From NCBI GenBank assembly GCA_946553095.1, contig CAMNRN010000002.1, forward strand, positions 1 through 52,633: a stretch of DNA of 52,633 bases, read 5' to 3'. Shown in pieces: positions 20,412 to 29,500 of the stretch. Source of the stretch: an uncultured Mycoplasmatota bacterium (GTDB taxonomy: Bacteria; Bacillota_I; Bacilli_A; RF39; UBA660). Each line of letters starts with the position of its first letter. Position 1 is the stretch's first letter. The notes beneath the pieces were generated by a model. That model saw only the letters and a program-made list of their open reading frames with translations. It was not told the DNA's origin and did not search any database. Made by a program: the position numbers and the translations under genes.

Positions 20412-21470
20412 ATGGTTGATTGGACCAAGTCAATGGAACAAACTTTTGAATATTACGAAGTTGATCCTATATCTTGGAAAGATAAGAAGAGGTTAACCAA
20501 TATTAAATCCTCTTCTATCACTCGTGATTTAGAGACTGATACTCTTGGATCAGCTACGATAGATGTTACGAATATGGTAGGAGAATCATACATTAGAATT
20601 TATCTTGTAACAAATCAAAATGGACAAAAAGAGAAACATCCATTAGGTACATATTTAGTTCAAACACCTCAATCGGATTTTGATGGTAAAGTGAATAGTG
20701 TGTCTTTGGATGCTTATACTCCATTGATTGAGTTAAAAGAAAACCCTCCACAATTAGGATATAGTTTACTTGAGGGTGAAAATATAATGGAAAACGCTTA
20801 TCGTATAACTAAGGAAAATTGTAGATGTCCAGTTATAGAAACTAAGTCGGATAAAACTTTACAAAAAGATTTTGTGTCAAATGCTGATGATAAATATATG
20901 ACATTCCTGATTGATTTAATAGCTCAAGCTGATTATAAGTTTGATTGTGATGAATTAGGAAGAATATTATATAGACCAAATCAGAAGACAGAAGCTCTTC
21001 AACCAGTTCATACATTCGATGATGGAAATAGTTCAATATTATATCCAGATTTAACTTTGAAACACGATATATTCGCTACACCAAATGTAGTTGAAGTATA
21101 TTGTACTACTGGAGGAGAAGTTCTTTATAGTAGAGTCGAGAATAGAGATATTAATAGTCCTGTTTCTATACAAAATAGAGGAAGAGAAATTATTCAAAGG
21201 ATAACTAATCCTAATTTACCTGGAGTTACAACCCAGGCGCAAATAGATGAATATGCTCAAAACTTGTTAGAGGAGTTATCCACTTCTACATATACTATTA
21301 CTTTTAGTCATGGTTATTACCCATGCAGACCTGGCGATTGCATAAGACTTAATTATAAGGCGGCCGGATTAGAAGATATTAAGGCTAAAATTGTTAGCCA
21401 AAATATAAAATGTACTCAAGGGGTAGAAGTTAAAACCACTGCTACATTTAGTAAAAAACTTTGGAGTTAG
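20412..21470 (+). CDS. Baseplate hub/tail protein
   Basis: Synteny; CDELG, RPGDCIRL pattern of hub proteins. Confidence 0.65.
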   Translation: MVDWTKSMEQTFEYYEVDPISWKDKKRLTNIKSSSITRDLETDTLGSATIDVTNMVGESYIRIYLVTNQNGQKEKHPLGTYLVQTPQSDFDGKVNSVSLDAYTPLIELKENPPQLGYSLLEGENIMENAYRITKENCRCPVIETKSDKTLQKDFVSNADDKYMTFLIDLIAQADYKFDCDELGRILYRPNQKTEALQPVHTFDDGNSSILYPDLTLKHDIFATPNVVEVYCTTGGEVLYSRVENRDINSPVSIQNRGREIIQRITNPNLPGVTTQAQIDEYAQNLLEELSTSTYTITFSHGYYPCRPGDCIRLNYKAAGLEDIKAKIVSQNIKCTQGVEVKTTATFSKKLWS

Positions 21471-21485
21471 AGAGGAGAGTGAAAT

Positions 21486-23618
21486 ATGGCATTATCTCAA
21501 GATATTAAAATGCAGTTTGCAAAGACTGTAGTACCAAAAAGAGTATCACAAGAAACAACTGTTGAAGGTACTTTTAAAACTATTAATGGTAAAGAGTATG
21601 TTCAATTAGATGGTTCTGATATATTAACGCCAGTTAAAAGTATAGTTTCAGCTGAAATTGGAGATAGAGTTAAAGTTTTAATAAAAGAGCATGAGGCCAC
21701 AGTAAATGGTAACATCACTTCTCCTTCTGCTCGAAGTAAAGATTTAGATAATATTAAAGATAAAGTTGATGAATACGGTAATACCATCAAACAATTGGAT
21801 ACAAATATTCAACAACAAGAAACTAGCATTATACAAATGCAAACCAATATTAATCAACACGAAGTTACAATAAACCAACATGAGACGACAATACAACAAC
21901 AAGGTGATAATATTGTTAGTATTAATAATGACTTATTACTTAAAGGTAATGAAATATCAGCAATTAATACTGATTTAGCATTACAAGGTTCCAAAATAGA
22001 ATCTATGGATGATACTATTAAATCTCATGGAAATAGTATAACTGAATTTAATAACACTATAGTAGAGGTCAATAATAAAGTAGAATCTTATGATAATAGT
22101 ATTAAAGAAATGGGTAACCAGATAGAACTATTTAATAATAAGATAATCGAACAAAATACTCAAATAACAGCTATAGATACAAAAGTACAATCGTATGATA
22201 CAACTCTGATTACCATGGGTAGTGATATTTTAATTCTTAATTCTGGTTTTCAAATAGTTGATGGTAAACTCACTGGACTATCAGAAGCTGTTATAGAATC
22301 ATTAAAAACAGGAAGTTTAAATGCTGAATACGCAACTATAGATTTTTCTAATATTGGTGAAGCAGCAGTAGAAAAGTTATTTACAGAATCTGGTATAATC
22401 AAAGATTTAGTTATGTCAGAAGGTCAAGTAACAGGAGAATTAATCGGTGTTGTTATTAAAGGTGATTTAATTGAAGCTAATACAATAAGAGCTGATAGTT
22501 TAGTTATTCGTGGTGAAAACGGTTTATATTATCGATTAAATCATACAGGAGAAACTATCGAGGCTCAACAAACAGATCAAAATAGTTTAAATGGACAATT
22601 AATAACAGCTAAGACAATAACAGCAAATAAAATAGCTGTAGAAGATTTAGTTGCTTTTGGAGCTACTATTGGAAAATTTATAATAGGTCAAGATGCATTA
22701 TATTCTGCTGGAAAAGGAAATGTTGACGCCACTACTCCTGGTATATATCTTGGTTCTGATGGACAAATGTGTGTCGGTGATGATAAAAATGCTATTAAGT
22801 TTTATAAGGACGAAGAAGGAAACTGGAAACTAGGAATTAGAGCGGACACATTACAATTTGGTGCAGACGGTATATCTGTTGAGATGGCTATGGGTAGTAT
22901 GACAACTACTATACAAAATAGTGGTGGTTCCAACCTATTACGAAATTCTGTTGGTTATGCTGGATTGGATTTCTGGACTAGATCTAACACTTCAAAAGAA
23001 ATAACAACATATCAGGATGAATTAATGTCTTTATCTGGTAGTAAATTTATAATTACAGGTAATCAATCAATCTCTCAAAAATATAATACAGAAATTGGTG
23101 CATCATATATGATAAGTTGTAAAGTTACTCATAAAAGAGTTGGATCTGGTGGTAATCTGAAAATTGAAATAAAAGACTCATCTAGTACTAAAAATATTGT
23201 TGTATACGATTCAAATGAGGTTTTAACTAATTGGACAACAATAGCATTAAATGAACCTTATATAGCTAGTATATTACAACCAGAATTAGTTATAACAGTC
23301 GGTGGATCAGATGTGGTAGAGATTACAGACCTAATAATTAGTAATGGTGATTCAAGAGTATGGTCGTCATATTTTGATGAACTTTATGGATCTGGTCACA
23401 GATTAGATGGTAAAGGATTGAAATTCTACGATACAAAAACCGATAGAGAATCTAATTATACTATTAGCGGTTTAAACTATATAGTTAAGGATTCTGATGT
23501 AGCAGGTATCAATCCAGATAGAATGTATAGTAGAAAATCTGAAGTAACAAATGAACAAGTTATTGGTAAATTAAGAACAGTTGTTCTAGATGCTAATAAT
23601 ATAATCGAATATATATAG
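21486..23618 (+). CDS. Tail fibre/minor tail protein with long coiled coil
   Basis: Heptad I/Q/N repeats, ITAKTITANKI repeats, GGSNLLRNS preceding a carbohydrate-binding-like region. Confidence 0.75.
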   Translation: MALSQDIKMQFAKTVVPKRVSQETTVEGTFKTINGKEYVQLDGSDILTPVKSIVSAEIGDRVKVLIKEHEATVNGNITSPSARSKDLDNIKDKVDEYGNTIKQLDTNIQQQETSIIQMQTNINQHEVTINQHETTIQQQGDNIVSINNDLLLKGNEISAINTDLALQGSKIESMDDTIKSHGNSITEFNNTIVEVNNKVESYDNSIKEMGNQIELFNNKIIEQNTQITAIDTKVQSYDTTLITMGSDILILNSGFQIVDGKLTGLSEAVIESLKTGSLNAEYATIDFSNIGEAAVEKLFTESGIIKDLVMSEGQVTGELIGVVIKGDLIEANTIRADSLVIRGENGLYYRLNHTGETIEAQQTDQNSLNGQLITAKTITANKIAVEDLVAFGATIGKFIIGQDALYSAGKGNVDATTPGIYLGSDGQMCVGDDKNAIKFYKDEEGNWKLGIRADTLQFGADGISVEMAMGSMTTTIQNSGGSNLLRNSVGYAGLDFWTRSNTSKEITTYQDELMSLSGSKFIITGNQSISQKYNTEIGASYMISCKVTHKRVGSGGNLKIEIKDSSSTKNIVVYDSNEVLTNWTTIALNEPYIASILQPELVITVGGSDVVEITDLIISNGDSRVWSSYFDELYGSGHRLDGKGLKFYDTKTDRESNYTISGLNYIVKDSDVAGINPDRMYSRKSEVTNEQVIGKLRTVVLDANNIIEYI

Positions 23619-23634
23619 GGAGGTGTAAATCAAA

Positions 23635-25386
23635 ATGGCAAGTATATATATGGGTAGATTTAACGGTTTAAATGGAAACAGTAATTATGGTAGTTATAAC
23701 GTTTATTTCAATTATAATTCTAATGGAACTACATTAACCGATATGTCTATATCATTCGCAGATGCTACTGGTAATGGAAAATACACCACAAATTCTATGT
23801 GGCTTGCAGATGTCAGTGTTGCTGGACAAAAACCAGGTTTTGATTCATCTAAACAAAAAGGTTATGTTAATGGTGGAAAAGTATACAACTGGTCTAGAAG
23901 TATATATGGTTCTATAAATGCCGGAGGGACTAGTGCTTACATATGGGTAAGAATCTATAGATCTGGTAATACATATACTGATTTGGATTGTACTGTAACT
24001 GGTTTAGCCACACCACCTACAGGTGTTTGGTGTAGTGCTAGTGCCGCAAGTGAAACTGGTATTAATCTATCTGGAGGATATTCATCAAATGGTGGTGCTG
24101 GTGTAACCGGTACACAATTCCAGTATTATACGGTAGGTGGTAGCTGGACTAATTGTGGTTCATCGTTAACTGGTTTATCAGCTAACACAACTTATTATTT
24201 TAGAGTTGGATACACTAATGCTGCTGGTACTAGTTGGTCTGGTGAAACGTCAGCAACTACATATGATTACCCAAAACCAACTTCTTTAAATGATGTAACA
24301 ATTGGTGGGGCTATAACTACCGAGATATACAATCCACTTAAACGAGCTATAACTATAGGTTTCTATGATAGTGGAGGAACACTATTATTTAGTAGAACAT
24401 CATCGGCAAATGGATCTCATAGTTATACACCAACAACCGCAGAATACGATAAATTTTATGCGCGTATACCGAATGATAAACGGGGTTCATATTATGTTAA
24501 GGTCACATATGGATCTTCTAATAAGACTTACGGAAATAGAACATATTCAATAAAGAATACAGAGAACCCAGTATTTGATAGTTCATATATTATTAATGTA
24601 GTTAATACAAAGCACACAGATATAGCTGGTAGTAGTAAATTTATTAGTGGACATAATACCTTATCTGGTTCTATTAAGCCGATGATTCCACAAAAGTCGG
24701 CAAATGGTAGTAAGTATAGTTTATCCACATCTGGACAAACTCAAGAAAAAACTTTCTCAACTAGTAATATTCCGTTCACATTTAATGATATAACAAATAA
24801 TACTTTAAGTATAACAGCCCAGGATTCAAGAGGTTTAACAAAACAAGCATCTGTAACTTTAGATATAGTTGCTTATAATAAACCATCGGTTAGTAGTTAT
24901 ACATTAGTTAGACAGAATGGTACCGGCACTCATGCTATTTGGAATGTTACCGGAGTATATACCAACTGGACTGGGCTAACCAAATCAAATACTATAAAGA
25001 AAGTTGAATGGAGATGGAAACCTAATACAACATCTGGAACGTGGTCCAATTGGGCTGATATTACTTCAAGTCTGGCTACGAACGCTAATGGAGTATGGAA
25101 AGTTTCAATTATCCCATCACAAACGTTTAATAATGCTTCTGAATTCTTATTGCAATTGAGAGTTACAGATATGTTAGAAACGGTAGAAATGTCAGAAATG
25201 ACTTTATCTACAGCCAATGCTTTTATATGGAAAGATTTAGCTAATAAAAGAGTTGGTATTAATAAAAAACCTACTGAAGCATTAGATGTCGCTGGTAATA
25301 TAAAAGGTAGCGGTAATGTCGAAGCACCAAATATCAAAGGCAATGCTTTATATATTAATGGTATTAAAATGCTTTGGTATGAATAA
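23635..25386 (+). CDS. Minor tail protein with Fn3/Ig-like domains
   Basis: S/T/G-rich beta protein, GL.ANTTYYFRV Fn3 motif, C-terminal VGINK.P.EALDV.G fibre motif. Confidence 0.75.
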   Translation: MASIYMGRFNGLNGNSNYGSYNVYFNYNSNGTTLTDMSISFADATGNGKYTTNSMWLADVSVAGQKPGFDSSKQKGYVNGGKVYNWSRSIYGSINAGGTSAYIWVRIYRSGNTYTDLDCTVTGLATPPTGVWCSASAASETGINLSGGYSSNGGAGVTGTQFQYYTVGGSWTNCGSSLTGLSANTTYYFRVGYTNAAGTSWSGETSATTYDYPKPTSLNDVTIGGAITTEIYNPLKRAITIGFYDSGGTLLFSRTSSANGSHSYTPTTAEYDKFYARIPNDKRGSYYVKVTYGSSNKTYGNRTYSIKNTENPVFDSSYIINVVNTKHTDIAGSSKFISGHNTLSGSIKPMIPQKSANGSKYSLSTSGQTQEKTFSTSNIPFTFNDITNNTLSITAQDSRGLTKQASVTLDIVAYNKPSVSSYTLVRQNGTGTHAIWNVTGVYTNWTGLTKSNTIKKVEWRWKPNTTSGTWSNWADITSSLATNANGVWKVSIIPSQTFNNASEFLLQLRVTDMLETVEMSEMTLSTANAFIWKDLANKRVGINKKPTEALDVAGNIKGSGNVEAPNIKGNALYINGIKMLWYE

Positions 25387-25408
25387 ATTCAAAATGGAGG
25401 AATTTAAA

Positions 25409-25600
25409 ATGAAAAAAATATTAAATAGAAATGGGGGAGGGGCAAAACTATTAAGTAGCCCTTCTCCTGAAGGAATTCTATATTATAATCACCTCTTAAA
25501 ATCGGGGGGGGGGGTGCACAGAATAATTTATGTGCCTCTTTTAACGATTTTAGAGGACTCTATACCAAGTTTGGAGGTGAGCGTTATAACTTACGCTTAA
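25409..25600 (+). CDS. Leader ORF containing G11 tract (63 aa as assembled)
   Basis: GGAGG RBS at 25396-25400; ORF spans three hairpins and the G11 run at 25504-25514. Confidence 0.55.
   Translation: MKKILNRNGGGAKLLSSPSPEGILYYNHLLKSGGGVHRIIYVPLLTILEDSIPSLEVSVITYA
25504..25514 (+). repeat. Poly-G homopolymer (G11)
   Basis: Longest G run noticed in this AT-rich window. Confidence 0.95.
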
Positions 25601-25621
25601 CCTCTAATGAGGTGTCATATT

Positions 25622-26038
25622 ATGTCTAATCCAAGAATTAATCAAGATTTAATGATTGGCGAAAGCGATGTAACATTAGCGGATATTAATTATACAAGGA
25701 CCAAACTAAATAATGCTAATTTAAAATTCAAATCGCAAACAAATTATGTTGATGATATGGGACCAGATACAAATTATCAAATACCCTATCCAAATGGAGA
25801 ACCTATATTTGTAGAACCGTTATTTAAAATGGCTGGTACAGATTTTTCTGGTGGTCATTTCGTAATACCAGGATCATCATTCACATATATTCCATGTAAA
25901 GAACAACCAGGAAGTGGTTATACGGGGGTATATGTGTTTTGTTCATCCAATTTATATATATCAATATCAGCCTATTGTCATTGTGGCAATACTATTAAAG
26001 GCTTTAGAACATGGTATTTAGACAAATATGACTCTTGA
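25622..26038 (+). CDS. Short tail-tip / receptor-binding module (class A)
   Basis: GAGGTG RBS; N-terminus IN....IG....TL similar to 27170 gene; beta-rich C-terminus. Confidence 0.55.
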   Translation: MSNPRINQDLMIGESDVTLADINYTRTKLNNANLKFKSQTNYVDDMGPDTNYQIPYPNGEPIFVEPLFKMAGTDFSGGHFVIPGSSFTYIPCKEQPGSGYTGVYVFCSSNLYISISAYCHCGNTIKGFRTWYLDKYDS

Positions 26039-26054
26039 GTTATAACTTAAATTA

Positions 26055-26525
26055 ATGGAATTAAAATGTTCTGATGATTTAAAAAAGTTATTCTTAGATT
26101 TTGCTTATCCGATAGGTAGTGTATATATGACCAGAACTAATAACGATCCAAATGAATTATTTGGTGGAACTTGGGTTAGGAATAATAATGCCTATATTTA
26201 TGCTTGCTCAGGAGATATCACAGATGGATATCAAGGAAATGGTAATATAACTAGACCGTCGTCTGGAAACACGGGGAGTACTATATTAACCATTGATCAA
26301 ATCCCATCACATACGCATGCTATAAAATCAGGTTACGGCGGTGAAGATAATATAGCTTATGATAGTTATAGATATCAATATTGGGGACATTATTCAAATG
26401 GATGGAAAAGTGGTGACTTAGGAACAGGCGCAAATGGCGGCGGAAAGGGTCATACTCATACATTAGGAGATCATACTCATACCATTCCATGGATAGGAGT
26501 ACATTTTTGGTATAGAACAGCATAA
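26055..26525 (+). CDS. Tail collar/baseplate gp10-C-like short fibre protein (class B)
   Basis: YPIGSVYM, P.ELFGGTW, LTIDQIPSHTH and HTH motifs, C-terminal WYRTA. Confidence 0.8.
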   Translation: MELKCSDDLKKLFLDFAYPIGSVYMTRTNNDPNELFGGTWVRNNNAYIYACSGDITDGYQGNGNITRPSSGNTGSTILTIDQIPSHTHAIKSGYGGEDNIAYDSYRYQYWGHYSNGWKSGDLGTGANGGGKGHTHTLGDHTHTIPWIGVHFWYRTA

Positions 26526-26541
26526 ATAATTCAAAATCAAA

Positions 26542-27000
26542 ATGGCTACATTAAAAGCTAGTTCGGATTTACAATCACTAATTAAAAAAATTGTTTTAGA
26601 TACATATTTTCCAGTTGGAAGTATATATCTTTCAGTTAATAAAACTAATCCTGGATCTACATTTGGTGGAACTTGGGAGTTAGTAACTAATGATTCATAT
26701 TTACATTGTTATAATCCTAATAATCAATGGTTTGCTAATATAGGTGTGAATAATAAGGGAACTGGTAATCAACAAGGAAGCTTCAATACTAATGATACAG
26801 TATTAACGATTGAACAATTACCGCCTCATACACATAATGCGAAACATTTAGCATCATTGCGAGGTAATAGTAATGGTTGGGCTGGTTCTCTTGGTACATT
26901 ATCTGGAGAAGTCACAGGTCCGATGGGATCTGCAAAGGGACATAGTCATTATCATGTCTTACCCTTTTACATAGTTGCTGTATGGAAAAGAATTAAATAA
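26542..27000 (+). CDS. Tail collar/baseplate gp10-C-like short fibre protein (class B paralog)
   Basis: FPVGSIYLS, NPGSTFGGTW, LTIEQLPPHTH, C-terminal WKRIK. Confidence 0.8.
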   Translation: MATLKASSDLQSLIKKIVLDTYFPVGSIYLSVNKTNPGSTFGGTWELVTNDSYLHCYNPNNQWFANIGVNNKGTGNQQGSFNTNDTVLTIEQLPPHTHNAKHLASLRGNSNGWAGSLGTLSGEVTGPMGSAKGHSHYHVLPFYIVAVWKRIK

Positions 27001-27032
27001 TATAGAATTTACTTAAAAACTTGCCAAAATAT

Positions 27033-27173
27033 ATGATACAAAATATCTTAAGTCATATATATACGCAAGAATCGAGGTGGATCACAAGTAATTTATGGTC
27101 CACTAAACAAGGAGGCGAAAGGCGTTTAATATCTTATTCGTCTTTACCTCTTGGAAGCTGGTGTTATCTATGA
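27033..27173 (+). CDS. Second leader ORF (46 aa), stop overlaps next start (ATGA)
   Basis: MIQNILSHIYTQESRWITSNLWSTKQGGERRLISYSSLPLGSWCYL*; TGA 27171-27173 overlaps ATG 27170; no clear RBS. Confidence 0.4.
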   Translation: MIQNILSHIYTQESRWITSNLWSTKQGGERRLISYSSLPLGSWCYL

Positions 27174-27592
27174 ATAGTCTTCATATCAATGAAAATACTG
27201 AAATAGGTAACACAGGAATAACTTTAAAAGAGTTATTAAATAAATTAAATGATAAAGCTGAGAATTCAGCGATAACATCTATAAATAACAATATTGAAAA
27301 TCTAACTACCATTACAAATAGGCTTAATACATATCGTTTTTATTATGGAACTGAACATTCTACAGATTATTGCAATGAAATGATACACAATGGAGTATAT
27401 TGGTGGGGACCAGAACATGCTAATCGACCAGGTTCACAATATGGAACAATGATCGTGGTTAATTCCACTGGTATTGAATATAATAAAATAAATAACTGGT
27501 GTAATCAATTAGCATTTGGAACTGATGGTGTTATATGGTTTAGACAAAGTATAAATGCTGGTCCATTTGGTAATTGGGTTAGAGTTAATTAA
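27170..27592 (+). CDS. Short tail-tip protein with pyocin-knob-like domain (class A)
   Basis: GVY...N.P....G.MIV...Q.AF.....WFR.......W pattern of fibre knob domains. Confidence 0.7.
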   Translation: MNSLHINENTEIGNTGITLKELLNKLNDKAENSAITSINNNIENLTTITNRLNTYRFYYGTEHSTDYCNEMIHNGVYWWGPEHANRPGSQYGTMIVVNSTGIEYNKINNWCNQLAFGTDGVIWFRQSINAGPFGNWVRVN

Positions 27593-27611
27593 AAAGGAGG
27601 AACTGAAAAGA

Positions 27612-27992
27612 ATGGATGCTTTTTGGCAATTTCTTAGTGCTGTCATAGTAGCTGGTATGGGTGTTATAACAGTGGTTATACAAACTAGAAATAAAAATAA
27701 GTTAGATAATCAAAAAACTTTACTTGATACAGTAAATGCAAATATTGCAGCTATGCGAAAAGAAAGTAAAGATGATGATGAAAAACTTAGTAAAAAGCTA
27801 GATACTCACGAACTAACCTCGCTGAAAAGATTCTTAGTAGATGAATTAGCAAAGATTAAAAACGGGGTTTATATCCCTACTGACAATCAGAAATCGTTAA
27901 TACACGAAGCTAAAAAAGAATACAATGATTTAGGCGGAGATAGTTACGTAGATGAAATGTTTGATGATTTAGTAGAAAAAGGTCTACTTTAA
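27612..27992 (+). CDS. Membrane-anchored lysis-module protein (holin-associated)
   Basis: N-terminal TM helix, coiled coil, C-terminal Y..LGGDSYV; AAGGAGG RBS. Confidence 0.6.
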   Translation: MDAFWQFLSAVIVAGMGVITVVIQTRNKNKLDNQKTLLDTVNANIAAMRKESKDDDEKLSKKLDTHELTSLKRFLVDELAKIKNGVYIPTDNQKSLIHEAKKEYNDLGGDSYVDEMFDDLVEKGLL

Positions 27993-28023
27993 TCATAAAT
28001 TTAATAAAGGAGGTGAAATCAAA

Positions 28024-28323
28024 ATGGAATTCTTTGAAGTAGTAAAAGATTATATTAAACCAGAATTACTAATATTAATCCCAGTATTATATCTCATAGG
28101 TATGGGAATTAAAAAGACAGCTTTGAAAGATGAAATTATACCATTCCTATTAGGAACTGTAGCAATCATTCTAAGTGCCTTATATATATTTGCCACTGGT
28201 GATATACATACGGCTAAAGAAGTTGCTATGGCTATATTTACGGCTATAACCCAAGGTATATTAGTATCTGGAGCTAGTGTATATTTCAACCAATTATACA
28301 AACAAATTAAAAAGTTCGATTAA
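28024..28323 (+). CDS. Holin
   Basis: 99 aa, three hydrophobic helices, PELLILIPVLY..G..IK and QGIL..GASVY.NQ; precedes endolysin. Confidence 0.85.
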   Translation: MEFFEVVKDYIKPELLILIPVLYLIGMGIKKTALKDEIIPFLLGTVAIILSALYIFATGDIHTAKEVAMAIFTAITQGILVSGASVYFNQLYKQIKKFD

Positions 28324-28342
28324 ATGAGGGAGGTGTTCTTAA

Positions 28343-28564
28343 ATGAACGAAAATAGCGAACAAGTTGTAGAAGTTGAATACAACAAAGATCTTGTAGAAG
28401 AGTACAAGAAAAATTATATTATGGAAGAGGAAGGAACTGGGGCAGATCCTGATGCTGAACCATTCGATACTCAGACAAATATTAACGAAGTACCTTTAGA
28501 GAACATGTTTGATGAAGGTGAAGTTACTGTAGAGGAGGTAGTTGAAGATGATAAGAACAACTAG
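28343..28564 (+). CDS. Small highly acidic protein overlapping endolysin start
   Basis: GGAGG RBS; 73 aa, very E/D-rich. Confidence 0.7.
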   Translation: MNENSEQVVEVEYNKDLVEEYKKNYIMEEEGTGADPDAEPFDTQTNINEVPLENMFDEGEVTVEEVVEDDKNN

Positions 28565-29435
28565 ACCTGGTGCAGGTAATAAATATTTCATAACTAGAAG
28601 TGCTGGAGGTTATTCTACGTGTATCGTAGGTAAACCAACCGATGCTTTATGTAACGTATTATCTAACTGTGTTGGATATGCATGTGGCGCAGCCAATGAA
28701 GAATTAGGTTTAGGATATGAAAAGTATCATTTAAATTGTAATGCTGAAAACTTTATCGAAAGAGCTATTGCTTCTGGTTTATCAGTATATAAAACTCCTC
28801 AAGTTGGAGATATTATTTGTTGGGAAGGTAAAGGAAGTCTAGCAGGACATGTTGGTATAGTTATTGAAGTAATCAATAGTAATTGTATTAAAGTTGCTCA
28901 AAGTGGTTATGGTTCATCTAATCCTTTCTATATAACTACTAACTATAACAACAACGGTCGTTGGGGATTAAGTGCTAACTATCCATTCAGAGGGTTTATT
29001 AGAATTTTACCAAATCAACCAAAACCTGTACAACCTACTCCAAATCAAACACCAGCACCAAGTACAGACGGAGAAACAGTTTATACTGTAGTTGCTGGTG
29101 ATACTTTAAGCGGTATTGCTTCAAGATATGGTACTACATATCAAAAGTTAGCAGAATATAATGGTATTGCTAATCCAAATCTTATTATTGTAGGACAAAA
29201 GATTAGAATTCCAGGAGCTAACAAACCTACTCCAACACCTACACCAACTCCAAGTAGAGAATTTAAAGTTGGTGATAGAGTTGCTCCAACAAGACTTGTA
29301 GACTATAACGGAACTCATTTAAGACAATATGATGATTCATATACTATTTCTGAACTAAAAGGAAATAGAGCAGTTCTTGTAGCTAGAGGTCAAGTATGGG
29401 CTGCAATGAGAACTGAGGATTTAAAACACGTATAA
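28548..29435 (+). CDS. Endolysin (CHAP + LysM + C-terminal SH3-like domain)
   Basis: NCVGYA (Cys) and GHVGIV (His) CHAP motifs, P/T linkers, canonical Lys[14 protein letters not shown]. Confidence 0.9.
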   Translation: MIRTTRPGAGNKYFITRSAGGYSTCIVGKPTDALCNVLSNCVGYACGAANEELGLGYEKYHLNCNAENFIERAIASGLSVYKTPQVGDIICWEGKGSLAGHVGIVIEVINSNCIKVAQSGYGSSNPFYITTNYNNNGRWGLSANYPFRGFIRILPNQPKPVQPTPNQTPAPSTDGETVYTVVAGDTLSGIASRYGTTYQKLAEYNGIANPNLIIVGQKIRIPGANKPTPTPTPTPSREFKVGDRVAPTRLVDYNGTHLRQYDDSYTISELKGNRAVLVARGQVWAAMRTEDLKHV

Positions 29436-29443
29436 TTCAAAAT

Positions 29444-29476
29444 GGAAAGCGGAATAAACATTCCCTTTTCTTTTTT
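29444..29476 (+). terminator. Intrinsic terminator after endolysin
   Basis: GGAAT/ATTCC stem with flanking GAAAG/CTTTT then T run. Confidence 0.6.
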
Positions 29477-29500
29477 CGCTTTGAAAACATAGTGTATTAT
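29475..29500 (+). promoter_or_regulatory. Phage promoter motif copy 1
   Basis: TTCGC-tttgaaa-ACA-tagtg-TATTAT. Confidence 0.75.

Noticed and set aside
25400-27600. Diversity-generating retroelement or invertible shufflon in the tail-tip region
   Set aside because: No reverse transcriptase or recombinase gene seen, no template/variable repeat pair differing at adenines, and all tip genes are on the same strand
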